DNA of 64,000 nt. Origin: Candidatus Latescibacterota bacterium (GTDB lineage Bacteria > Latescibacterota > UBA2968 > UBA8231). The notes beneath the pieces are model-generated. The model saw only the letters and a list, made by a program, of their open reading frames with translations. It did no database searches and had not been told where the DNA came from. Below are positions 9,758 to 19,310 of this stretch, one piece after another (position 1 is the stretch's first letter; each line of letters opens with the position of its first letter). The stretch lies in assembly GCA_965206595.1 (NCBI GenBank), contig OZ242214.1:1440001-1504000 (forward strand). Direction: 5' to 3'. The translations under genes and the position numbers were made by a program.

Positions 9758-10035
9758 CAGTCGATCTCCTCCAGTTTCTCGAAGATGAACTCGTTCTTTT
9801 GAAACGAAGTGGTGTACTCGGTGTCGGGGTAGGGAGGGATCAACTGCGGGAACTGGATCACCCTCCACCCGTCGAGCAGGGCGTCGAGGCCGGTTTCGTA
9901 CGGCGGTTCGCTGCTGTCGCCGGTGGTGTGGTGCTCTTTTCCGGTGCCGTCGTAGAAGGTCCATCCCTTGACCGGGCTGTCTAGCGCCGAGTAGGACAAG
10001 TAAAGAATCATCACCTTCTGTCTGCGCTCCGGCAT
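9757..10035 (-). CDS. Small hypothetical protein (92 aa) translationally coupled to the PhyH gene
   Basis: AAGGAG RBS, MPERRQKVMILYL...; stop overlaps the next start (TGATG). Confidence 0.8.
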   Translation of the reverse strand: MPERRQKVMILYLSYSALDSPVKGWTFYDGTGKEHHTTGDSSEPPYETGLDALLDGWRVIQFPQLIPPYPDTEYTTSFQKNEFIFEKLEEID

Positions 10036-10120
10036 CTCCTTCTCCATCCCCAGAAGTGCTGGGTGTCGGGCAGTCACTCTTCCTGTTTCACCAAATGATA
10101 AGCACTTCCGGGCCCTGCCG

Positions 10121-11326
10121 TCAGGCGGATGCAGGCGCCGCCGGCAGGCTGACCAGGGCCCGGTCCCTGATCGGCAGGTGGACGATCGCGGCCGCGACCC
10201 CGAGAACGATGGCCCCGACCCAGACAGCATCGTACGATCCGGTGGCATCGTAGATGCGGCCTCCGAGCCAGACCCCGAGGAATCCACCGACCTGGTGGCT
10301 GAAGAAGACGATCCCATAGAGCGACGAGAGCCTGGCGGGTCCGAAGATCTGGGCGACGGTACCGCTGGTCAGCGGCACTGTCGCCAGCCAGAGAAACCCG
10401 ATGGCGCAGGCGAAGATCAGGGCGGTCGCCGTGGTGACGGGCACCACCAGGAAGCCGCTGATGACCAGGGCCCGGGCGAAGTAGAGGAAGCTGAGAAGGT
10501 ATTTTTTGCGGTAGCGATCCCCGAGCCGGCCGAAGAGATAGGATCCCCCCATGTTGAACAGCCCGATCAGGGCGAGGGCGGCGGCAGCGGCCATCTCGGG
10601 TAGCCCGTGATCGCCGAGGTAGGCCGGCAGGTGGGTGGCAATGAAAGCGACATGGAATCCGCAGACGAAGAAACCGGCGTTCAGCAGCAGGTAGCCCGAA
10701 TGCTTGCCCGCCTGTGACAGGAGGCGGGAAAAGTTGTCCTCGAGGTCGGAGGTGCGGGTACCCTCCCGGGCATGCGATGCCGGAGGGAATCCGAGTGCGA
10801 AGAAGGCGATGGCAGCGACCACGGCGGCGCCGTACAGCAGGGTGGCCTGCCACGATACGGTGTCGATCAGCCACTGGATCAGCGGGACGAGGGCGAAGGT
10901 GCCGAAGGAACCGGCAGCGGTTACGATGCCGAAGGAGGTGACCCTCTTTTCGGCCGGGACCACCCGGCTGACGGCGCCGAGAAGGACGACGTAGGACGTG
11001 GCGCTGAGAGCCAAACCGACGAGGACCCCGAGGGAGAGGAAGGTGAGCCAGGGACCGGTAGCGACGGCGAGGAGGACGAAGCCGGCGGTGTACAGCAGAG
11101 CCCCGGAGGCCACTACCCGGCGCGGGCCGATGCGGTCGGCGAGCATGCCGGCGATCGGCAGCCCGAACAGGATGTTCTGCAGGGCCATGGCGAGGCTGAA
11201 GGTCTCCCTGCCCGTCGACAGGGATTCCGTCACAGGTTGCAGGAACAGGCCGAAGGACTGCCTGGCTCCCATGGAGATGGCGACCGTGACCGCGCTGATC
11301 AGGATGACGAGGGTGGATTTCTTCAC
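10121..11326 (-). CDS. MFS transporter
   Basis: About 12 hydrophobic segments; GMLADRIGPR and GRLGDRYRKK motif A. Confidence 0.93.
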   Translation of the reverse strand: MKKSTLVILISAVTVAISMGARQSFGLFLQPVTESLSTGRETFSLAMALQNILFGLPIAGMLADRIGPRRVVASGALLYTAGFVLLAVATGPWLTFLSLGVLVGLALSATSYVVLLGAVSRVVPAEKRVTSFGIVTAAGSFGTFALVPLIQWLIDTVSWQATLLYGAAVVAAIAFFALGFPPASHAREGTRTSDLEDNFSRLLSQAGKHSGYLLLNAGFFVCGFHVAFIATHLPAYLGDHGLPEMAAAAALALIGLFNMGGSYLFGRLGDRYRKKYLLSFLYFARALVISGFLVVPVTTATALIFACAIGFLWLATVPLTSGTVAQIFGPARLSSLYGIVFFSHQVGGFLGVWLGGRIYDATGSYDAVWVGAIVLGVAAAIVHLPIRDRALVSLPAAPASA

Positions 11327-11565
11327 GACGAGGCGATCCGCAGGGATTCAGGACATCTGCCGCGGCTTGTGGCCGGGGATCGGCGATGGCTACAATCCGC
11401 ATCCGGCCGATTGCGGAAGGAACCCGGAAACCGCGCCAGCCTTCGTAAATTCAGGGAGAAAGGGGACCGGGAGGCGGGGTGGTCGGGCGGGGCAAGGGAA
11501 GATCAGGGCAATCCGCTTTCAGGCAGGCCGCCGGGGAGGTAACCGTCCGCATGAGTTCTCTACCG

Positions 11566-12435
11566 CTAAGCGAAATACATCTCCCCGGAAAAAGGCAGGG
11601 GTTGCGAAGGCCGTTCGTAGTGGATCTGTTTCGGAGTCCTTTCGAGGGCCGCTGCCCACTGGTCGCGCCAGTCCTCGTAGCGGGTTTCCGACCCCGGGTC
11701 GCGACGGCTGCGAACCACGCTGCTGGGCCACTCCGGCCGCGGTGAGGGCTCCCCGGCCTTCTGGTAGCGCAGATCCATGCTCCAGCGCACGCCGTCGGTG
11801 TTGTTGGGGCCGGAGCCGTGCGGGGTCAGCTTGTGCACGAACAGCACGTCCCCCTTCTTCATCGGCAGCGTCACCTTCTCGACATCGGGCAGGTCGTGGT
11901 GGTAGGTCCAGTAGACCATGCGGTTGCGGTGCACGCGGGGCAGAACCTGGAGGCAGCCGTTCTCCTCGGTGGCGTTGACGAGGGGCACCCAGACCGTCAC
12001 CTGCAGGATCCCGGCAGCTTCCTGGGTGGTGAATACGGCGTCCTGATGGAAGATGACGTCCGTCGACGGCATCTTCGGGCGCACGTGAGAAACCGCGTTG
12101 CAGCTGATTTCGGGACCGATAAAGGGCTCGATGAGATCGACGAGGTTCTCGTTGCGCAGGAACTCGAAGGTGGCGCGGCGGCGAGTGACGCCGATATCGG
12201 GACAGCCGTCGACTTTCTTGGAGTCCTCGCCAAGCCGGGCAAGTCGGGTTTCGAATGGCTCCTCTGCGTGGAGATCGTCGATCTCCCCGCGGGCGTGAAG
12301 GTCCCTGGCGATCCCGTCGACGATGGCGATGTGGTCCTGGATGAGGGGTTCGAAATCGGCGTCGGTAAGTCCCCCTTCGACAACGACGTACCCTTCTTCC
12401 TTGAAGAACTCGAGATGTTCGTCGGTGGTTTTCAT
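11566..12435 (-). CDS. PhyH family Fe(II)/2OG dioxygenase
   Basis: FFKEEGYVVV, FHQD, NGCLQVLP, PHGSGPN; start MKTTDEH. Confidence 0.9.
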   Translation of the reverse strand: MKTTDEHLEFFKEEGYVVVEGGLTDADFEPLIQDHIAIVDGIARDLHARGEIDDLHAEEPFETRLARLGEDSKKVDGCPDIGVTRRRATFEFLRNENLVDLIEPFIGPEISCNAVSHVRPKMPSTDVIFHQDAVFTTQEAAGILQVTVWVPLVNATEENGCLQVLPRVHRNRMVYWTYHHDLPDVEKVTLPMKKGDVLFVHKLTPHGSGPNNTDGVRWSMDLRYQKAGEPSPRPEWPSSVVRSRRDPGSETRYEDWRDQWAAALERTPKQIHYERPSQPLPFSGEMYFA

Positions 12436-12548
12436 GTCGGCTCCGGCGTTTCTGTGAACTCGAGAATTGTCAGGCTTGGATTGTTGGCAAACCATCATCT
12501 GAAAATAGCGAAATTGCGTTCTGCGCCACCAAACCGAAGGAGCATACG

Positions 12549-13334
12549 ATGCCAGATCCACATTCCCTGGAAGGAAAGAAAGCACTCGTGACCGGCGGCC
12601 GGCGCCGCATCGGCAGGGGGATCGCCCTGTCGCTGGCGGAGGCGGGCTGCGATGTCGGAATCAACGACCTCGAAGAAGACGCCGACGCCCTGGAGACCCT
12701 GCGCCTGATCGACGAGCGGGGCCGCAAAGCCGCGTTCTTTGCCGGCGACATCTCCAACAGCGCCCGGGTCGAGAGCATGTTCGCCGCATTCCTCGAACGC
12801 TTCGGCCGCATCGACATACTGGTGAACAACCCCTACGGCGGCACCGGACAGCCGTTTCTCGAGCTCACCGAGGAGAACTGGGATGCCAATCTCGATATCG
12901 GCCTGAAGGGATTCTTCCTGTGCAGCCAGCAGGCTGCCCGGGCAATGGTGGAACAGGGGGACGGGGGCTGCATCGTCAGCACCTCCTCCGTTCACGGGGT
13001 GCGCGCCTGGAAGGAAGACACCCCCTACGGCGCTGCCAAGGCCGGCGTCCTGCGCCTCACCGAGAGCATGGCCGTCGACCTCGGCGAGCACGGTATCCGC
13101 TGCAACGCCATCATGCCCGGCCACATGGACACGACCCACACGATCGGCACGCCCCCGCCGGAACGGGGAAGCATCGAGGAGGATCTGTACGCTTCGGTGC
13201 CTCTGCGCCGGCGCGGCACCCCGGAGGATATCGGCCGCGCTGTCGCCTTTCTCTGCTCTCCTGCCGCAGCCTGCATAACCGGGGTATCGCTGGCGGTCGA
13301 CGGCGGCCTGCTGGCAACTGCACCGGGAGACTAG
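12549..13334 (+). CDS. SDR family oxidoreductase
   Basis: TGGRRRIG, YGAAK, VDGG motifs. Confidence 0.92.
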   Translation: MPDPHSLEGKKALVTGGRRRIGRGIALSLAEAGCDVGINDLEEDADALETLRLIDERGRKAAFFAGDISNSARVESMFAAFLERFGRIDILVNNPYGGTGQPFLELTEENWDANLDIGLKGFFLCSQQAARAMVEQGDGGCIVSTSSVHGVRAWKEDTPYGAAKAGVLRLTESMAVDLGEHGIRCNAIMPGHMDTTHTIGTPPPERGSIEEDLYASVPLRRRGTPEDIGRAVAFLCSPAAACITGVSLAVDGGLLATAPGD

Positions 13335-13336
13335 CC

Positions 13337-15520
13337 ATGGGGAAGGCGGTGATCGCGGACAACTCCTGGATGCAGTTGCGCAGCAGGGACAAGGAGTACG
13401 GGGCCACATTCGAAAAACCGTTTCCCGTCGGCACCGAGTACTACCGCCCGCCGACCCCGACCCAGGAATTCTGGGACGCCGACTTTCGCCGCATAAGCGC
13501 CGCGGGCATGAGCATCGTGCGTGTCTGGTACAGCTGGAACTGGGTCGAGACGCTCCCGAACCGGTACGAGTTCGACGACCTCGACCTGCTGTTCGAAACG
13601 GCCGCGAAATACCGGCTCAAGGTGTGGCTCGACACTCCTCTGGGCACCCACATGGCCGCCCCTGCCTGGATGTTGCGCGAACACCCCGACATGCGCGCTG
13701 TCTGGCGGGACGGCAGCGTGCAGCAGGACGTGGCCGGGGACTTTTCTCCCCATGGCAGCATGACCCACAACTTCGACCACCCGATGTGGCGGGTGTACGT
13801 CGAACGCTACCTGCGCCAGCTGGTGCCGCGTTACAGGGACCACGAGGCGATGGGTATCTGGGGCACCTGGGACGGGATCGGCTATGCCGCGGCCTGGACG
13901 GCGCCCGAGCCGTACCCGCCGTACAACGACTACACAATCGCCAAGTACAAGGACTGGCTGTACCGGCGCTATACCCTCGACGAGCTCAACGAGAAGTTGC
14001 TGCGTCGCTACCGCTCCTGGGAAGACGTGCAACCGCCGCGCAGCAACGCCGCCATCGTCGAGATGCTGTTGTACAGGCAGTTCCACTGCGAGAACATGGC
14101 CGACCACCTCGGTTGGATGGCCGCCCTCGTCGACGAGCTCGACGGCCGCCACGAGCAGCGCTCGCACGGCGGCTCCTACCCGATGCCCCACCACGAAACA
14201 GTGAGTCCGGCGATCGACAGCTGGGGGCTGTCCCACCACTCGGCGGACCGCCTGACCAGCGGCGATCCGTACAGCCTGGCCTGCGAGGCCTACGGCTTTC
14301 ACTGGTGCCGCCCCATGGGGCGGGACGGCCGCTGGTGGAACGAGGAGATCTACGGCAGCTTCGTCGGCGGCCTCATGCCGCGCGAGAAGATGACGATCGG
14401 TGAAGAGTCGGCCATGCACATCTGGCTGACCCTAATCGAAGGGGGTGCCGGCGCCATGTTCTGGCAGTACCGGCCCGAGTACATGACCTTCGAGGCTCCC
14501 GGGCTCAGCATCATGGCACTCGACGGCGGCCCGACCGTCCGCTTCGCCGCCGCGGAGCGGACGATCGCGCAGATCGATGCGATCTCCGACCACTTGCCGC
14601 TGTCGATCCCGCGCTCCGACATGGCCATCGCCTACAGCGGCAGCAGCCACCAGGTTTTCGACTTCAACGACGCCGGCTTCAAGTTCCTCCAGCACCACCG
14701 GGGCATGTACCGGGCGCTGTGGCCTCACAGCGTCGCCGTCGATCTCGTCACCGCGAAGACGGACTGGTCCGGGTACGGGCTGGTGTACCTTCCCAACTTT
14801 GCGGTCATGGAGGAGGAGGCCCTGGCGCGGCTGCGGGGAGTGCTCGAGGACGAGCAGGGGCCGCGCCTCCTGGCCGACGGGTACTTCGCCACCTTCGCCG
14901 GCAAGGGACACTGGAGCTTCAGTCCTCCCGATGGGCTCGGCGACCTGATCGACTGCCGCATCGCCGACCTCGACATGGTCAACGAGCAGGATGTCGCAGC
15001 GGCAAGAAACCTCCTTGCAACCCCATACGGAGAATTCCGGCTGCCCGCGGGTACCTCGTACTGCATCATCGAGCCGGGCAGCGGCATGGAGGCCGTCGGC
15101 ACTATCGGAGGCCGGGTCGTCGGGGTGCAGTCGGCAGGCCAACGGATGACCTGGTACGGCGTCTCCCTGGCGGCGACCGGCTCCTCCACCGTGACCGGGC
15201 AGCCGGGCGGGCCCTCGCCGGTCCCGGTGGTCGATGAGAGCGTGGCCCTGGCCATCGCCAGGGAGGCCGGGGTCGAGTCCCGGTTCGATATCGGCGGGGA
15301 CCGCGTGGTCGCGTACCGGCGCCAGTCCAGACGCGGCGGGTCGCTGGTGTTTCTGTTGAACCTCGAAGAGCGGACCGCGAGGACGACGGTGGGGTTGCGC
15401 TGGAAGGTAGACGAGGCCCGGGATCTGCTCGCCGGACGGCCACTTGCCCTGGTCAACGGCACCTTCCAGTTGGAACTCGCTTTCGGCGAAGTGGCAGTGA
15501 TTCACTGCACTGACGCCTGA
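13337..15520 (+). CDS. GH42-like (beta-galactosidase family) protein
   Basis: GTEYYRPP, AGMSIVR.W.SW..VE, P.WM, trimerisation-like C-terminal domain; ATG 13337 directly after the SDR stop. Confidence 0.8.
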   Translation: MGKAVIADNSWMQLRSRDKEYGATFEKPFPVGTEYYRPPTPTQEFWDADFRRISAAGMSIVRVWYSWNWVETLPNRYEFDDLDLLFETAAKYRLKVWLDTPLGTHMAAPAWMLREHPDMRAVWRDGSVQQDVAGDFSPHGSMTHNFDHPMWRVYVERYLRQLVPRYRDHEAMGIWGTWDGIGYAAAWTAPEPYPPYNDYTIAKYKDWLYRRYTLDELNEKLLRRYRSWEDVQPPRSNAAIVEMLLYRQFHCENMADHLGWMAALVDELDGRHEQRSHGGSYPMPHHETVSPAIDSWGLSHHSADRLTSGDPYSLACEAYGFHWCRPMGRDGRWWNEEIYGSFVGGLMPREKMTIGEESAMHIWLTLIEGGAGAMFWQYRPEYMTFEAPGLSIMALDGGPTVRFAAAERTIAQIDAISDHLPLSIPRSDMAIAYSGSSHQVFDFNDAGFKFLQHHRGMYRALWPHSVAVDLVTAKTDWSGYGLVYLPNFAVMEEEALARLRGVLEDEQGPRLLADGYFATFAGKGHWSFSPPDGLGDLIDCRIADLDMVNEQDVAAARNLLATPYGEFRLPAGTSYCIIEPGSGMEAVGTIGGRVVGVQSAGQRMTWYGVSLAATGSSTVTGQPGGPSPVPVVDESVALAIAREAGVESRFDIGGDRVVAYRRQSRRGGSLVFLLNLEERTARTTVGLRWKVDEARDLLAGRPLALVNGTFQLELAFGEVAVIHCTDA

Positions 15521-15556
15521 ATCGTTGCGTAGGGGGCACACACGGTCCGGGGCAGC

Positions 15557-15582
15557 ATCCGGCAGGGAACATCCTGCCGGAT
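15557..15582. repeat. Perfect 10-bp inverted repeat downstream of the GH42-like gene
   Basis: ATCCGGCAGG-GAACAT-CCTGCCGGAT; only a weak U tail. Confidence 0.5.
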
Positions 15583-15965
15583 CTGTTTGCTGAAATCGAT
15601 ATTGCCGTTCCGGGCCCCCATCCTCGCGCCGACCGGGGCCAGTGGCTTCCCGCCTAGATCGAGCGGACAACACCCGTCAGCACCCCGACTATCCCGCATG
15701 AGGGAAGGGGACGGCGGCAAGGGTGATCCCCGCGTCCGGAAGCGGATCAGCGACCAACCGGCCGCTATGGAACGTCACGTCCCGAAGGAATGGGTCGGCT
15801 CTCCGCGAGGGAGGAGCGAGCCCGTTCCCCGGCTACGTACCCTCCCGCGAAGTCGGTCCAGATACCGGGGTACTGCGAAGGTCATGGAGACGCGGTCGAT
15901 CGGTGTTCTTTCGTCCCGTACTCTTCGCCGGAAGTGCTGAAACCGGGAGCCGGGAAAGGAGAATC

Positions 15966-16925
15966 ATGAGGCGTGTAGCCAAACCGGAGGGCCTGCACAA
16001 CATCGTCGTCGAGGAAGTGGAGACTCCTCGGATTTCTCCCACGGAGGTCCGCGTAAAGACGCAGCGCACTCTGATCAGCCGTGGCTCGGAGATCGGCGCC
16101 CGCTACACCCGGGAGGGCCCTGTCGACCCGGCCATCATGGGGTACTCGCAGGCCGGCGTCGTCGTCGAGGTGGGCGCCGAGGTCGACGGGTACTCCGCGG
16201 GGGACCGCATCGCTTCGGTGCGGCCGCATGCCGAATACGTCGTCGTCGACGTCGAGCGCCACAGCGGCGACATCATCCCGCTTCCCGACGGGGTCAGCTT
16301 CGAGACCGCTACCTTCTGGCCGCTGACGACCAGCTCGGTCCGGTGGATGCAGGAGGCGGGTATCGCCCGGGGGGAGACCCTCGTGATCCTGGGACAGGGG
16401 CTGGTGGGGAGCCTGTGCATGCAGGTCGCGAGGAAGCTGTACGCTCCCCGGATCATCGCCGTCGACGCGCTGCCGCTGCGCTGCGACCTGGCGCGGGCCC
16501 TGGGTGCCGACGAGGTGGTCGCCGCCGCCGCGGAGGATCCGGTCGAGGCGATCCGCGGTCTCACCGGAGAAGGGGCCGACGTCGTCGTCGAAGCGGTTGG
16601 CGGACCGGGCGGCGTCCGGGCTTTCGAGCAGGCCCAGGAGATGCTGAAACGGGGTGGCCTTCTGCACGTTTTGGGTCTGTACGAAAACGAGCCGCTTCCC
16701 CTCTATTCCAACCGGATCCAGGGCCGGCGGCTGCTGGGAGGGTACATCGACCTCGATGCCAGGAAGGCGAGCTCGGTGGAGGCGATGTCCCTGCTGGAGA
16801 GCGGGGCCATCGCCACGGAACGGATGATCACCCACCGCTTCCCGTTCACCGAGGCCAAGGAGGCGTTCGACCTGCTTTACGGCCGGCCCGGAGAAACGAT
16901 GGCCGTCATCCTGACTTGGGGCTAG
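15966..16925 (+). CDS. MDR-superfamily dehydrogenase (lacks the catalytic Zn Cys/His)
   Basis: LISRGSE and MGYSQAG replace GICGSD and GHE; GQGLVG Rossmann motif. Confidence 0.85.
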   Translation: MRRVAKPEGLHNIVVEEVETPRISPTEVRVKTQRTLISRGSEIGARYTREGPVDPAIMGYSQAGVVVEVGAEVDGYSAGDRIASVRPHAEYVVVDVERHSGDIIPLPDGVSFETATFWPLTTSSVRWMQEAGIARGETLVILGQGLVGSLCMQVARKLYAPRIIAVDALPLRCDLARALGADEVVAAAAEDPVEAIRGLTGEGADVVVEAVGGPGGVRAFEQAQEMLKRGGLLHVLGLYENEPLPLYSNRIQGRRLLGGYIDLDARKASSVEAMSLLESGAIATERMITHRFPFTEAKEAFDLLYGRPGETMAVILTWG

Positions 16926-17058
16926 CCGGTTTGGAGCCCCCGGACAGATCGGCACCGGTTCATTTTTTCCAGGGGAGCCAGGCGCGGGAATCCCGTTTGA
17001 CAGCCTCGGGAACGGGGCCTTGTTTCCAAGCGATTACCCTGCCTCTGGACCGCCCACA

Positions 17059-18087
17059 GTGAATATCCCGACCCCAGCCATTTTCCGAGTCGCACTCCTT
17101 TTCCTCATTTCCTGCGCACCGCTCACGAAACCGGTGCCCGAACCCGATTCCGCTGCCACCGAGCCGGAGGAGGCGCAGGAAACCCCCCTTGAGCGTTACC
17201 TGCAAAGCAGGCCGGCGGAGGAGACCGAGACCAAAAGCAAAAAGCCCTGGATCGCCGTCCTGCCGATGAAAGACGAGTCTGGATTTCGCGAAGGTGTGTG
17301 GGATATAGAAAACGAGCTTCCAGCCCTGCTGACCGAGGAACTGGGCTCGCAGGATGTCTGGCGCTCCGTTCCGTACGACGCAGTGCGGCAGGTCGCAGGC
17401 GGTGCGCGCGATCACTGGCCCGACGAGGAGCTTATACGCGTCGCCGTTCTGTTGCGCGCCGACATCCTTCTGAAGGGAACGGTTCTCGACTACAACATGG
17501 AACGGTTCCATGTCGGAGATCCGCTCCTCGCCGGGTACAAATCCTTCAGCGGCATCGCCGAACTGGAGCTTAGCGCAATGCGGGGAGGGGACCTGTCGAC
17601 GCTCGGAAGGCTGTATTCGAAGAAGGAGACGACCGACCGCGACCTCGGACTCGACCTGTTCGGCAAGCCGCGCGAGCAGGACTTCCAGTACGTCAATCTC
17701 GACAAGATGGCGTTCGGCTCCGACGAATTCCGCGCCACTCCCATAGGTGAGGCAACCGTGCAGGCGCTCGTCGAGGTGGGGGACAAGCTCTCCGAGCTGA
17801 TTCGCCCGGGGAACATTCGCCTGGGAAGCGAACCGGCGAAGATCCTGTCGGTGTACGGCGACGAGATATTCATCAACCTCGGGAGCGAGAACGCCGTGCA
17901 CAGGGGGTACCGCTTCGAAATCTACCCCGGGCCGGAGCGGGCAATCGAGAAAGAGCTGGACACCTTGGTGAGCGTGGGCTTGGTCGAGGTTGCCGACGTC
18001 GTCGGGGCGCGCGTATCTCGAGTCGTGATGATCGGCAACGGGGAAATCGCCTCCGGTGACCGCCTGAAATTCGTACAACCCCAGTAG
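17059..18087 (+). CDS. Lipoprotein, CsgG/TolB_N-like domain plus FlgT C-terminal-like domain
   Basis: Lipobox LISC; IAVLPM...ADILLKGTV alpha/beta domain; IFINLGSENAVHRG C-terminal beta motif; start (GTG) uncertain. Confidence 0.65.
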   Translation: MNIPTPAIFRVALLFLISCAPLTKPVPEPDSAATEPEEAQETPLERYLQSRPAEETETKSKKPWIAVLPMKDESGFREGVWDIENELPALLTEELGSQDVWRSVPYDAVRQVAGGARDHWPDEELIRVAVLLRADILLKGTVLDYNMERFHVGDPLLAGYKSFSGIAELELSAMRGGDLSTLGRLYSKKETTDRDLGLDLFGKPREQDFQYVNLDKMAFGSDEFRATPIGEATVQALVEVGDKLSELIRPGNIRLGSEPAKILSVYGDEIFINLGSENAVHRGYRFEIYPGPERAIEKELDTLVSVGLVEVADVVGARVSRVVMIGNGEIASGDRLKFVQPQ

Positions 18088-18108
18088 TCGAGAGAGGAAA
18101 GCCGGAAG

Positions 18109-19137
18109 GTGGAGGGAGTTGTCAAATACCAGCGGGGCCGCGGGTTCGTGGAGCTTCGCGACGTCGAGGAGCAGCCTCCCGGGCCCTCGCAGGTGAAGAT
18201 CGAAGTGAAGGCGAGCGGGATCTGCGGATCCGATCTGCACATCCTGCACGACACGATCAACTACAACATCCGCACCCCGGTGGTCATGGGCCACGAGTTC
18301 AGCGGCGTCGTGATCGAAAAAGGGGCCGGGGTCGGCGAGGGGGTGGCAATCGGCGATCGCGTCACGGGTGAACCGAGCATCGAGATCTGCGGCAGCTGTT
18401 CCTACTGCCTGAGCGAACACTACAACCTCTGTCCTGGCCGCAGGGTGATGGGCTACTACCACAACGGCTGCTTCGCCCCGTACGTCAACGCCCGTTTTGT
18501 CCATCGCCTGCCGGACAACGTCAGCTTCAAGGCGGGGGCGGTAACCGAGCTCCTGGCGTGCTGCGTTCACTCCGTAATCGAACAGGCGGGGGTGGCTGCC
18601 GGTGACTTCGTCGCCGTCATCGGACCAGGGCCGGTCGGTTTGTTCTCGGCGCTGGTAGCGAAGGCGGAGGGTGGAACGGTGATGGTTTGCGGCACTTCCA
18701 GGGATCGCGAACGTCTCCGATTTGCCGAAGAGCTGGGGATCGATGAGACCGCGGTCGTCGACGGGACCGACGTCGCAGGGCGGGCGCGCGAGTTGACCGG
18801 GGGCTACGGCGCAGATGTCGTTGTCGAATGCGCCGGGGTGGCACCGGCCATCGACCTCGCTCTCGACATGGTGCGCAAACGGGGCAAGGTGTCGCAGATG
18901 GGGCTGCCCGGGAAGCCGGTGCAGGTCGACTTCGAGAAGGTGGCCTACAAGGAACTGCAGGTGAGCGGGGGGATCGGACAGAGGCGGCCGGCCTGGGAGC
19001 GGTCTCTGAAACTGATGGAACAGGGCGTGATCGACTGCGAGAAGCTTGTCTCACACGAGCTGCCGCTGGCCGAATGGGATCGCGGTTTCGACATGATGGA
19101 GAAGCAGGAAGGGATCAAGCTCGTGCTCCACCCCTGA
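18109..19137 (+). CDS. Zn-dependent alcohol/polyol dehydrogenase (sorbitol/threonine DH-like)
   Basis: GICGSD, GHE, CxxCxxC...C, GPGPVG. Confidence 0.92.
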   Translation: MEGVVKYQRGRGFVELRDVEEQPPGPSQVKIEVKASGICGSDLHILHDTINYNIRTPVVMGHEFSGVVIEKGAGVGEGVAIGDRVTGEPSIEICGSCSYCLSEHYNLCPGRRVMGYYHNGCFAPYVNARFVHRLPDNVSFKAGAVTELLACCVHSVIEQAGVAAGDFVAVIGPGPVGLFSALVAKAEGGTVMVCGTSRDRERLRFAEELGIDETAVVDGTDVAGRARELTGGYGADVVVECAGVAPAIDLALDMVRKRGKVSQMGLPGKPVQVDFEKVAYKELQVSGGIGQRRPAWERSLKLMEQGVIDCEKLVSHELPLAEWDRGFDMMEKQEGIKLVLHP

Positions 19138-19310
19138 ACCGCAGGGCCACCACCGCCCCACCTGACATGGCGCGTCCTCGTCAGGTCGTCCTGCTGTTGT
19201 CCGTCCAGCTTGCGCTCGCACCCTTCAGGACCGATGCCGTTGATTCACAGCCGATCGACTGATCGGGCAGGCAACCCGAAGGACACAATCCGAGTCCCCT
19301 CCGCAGGCAG

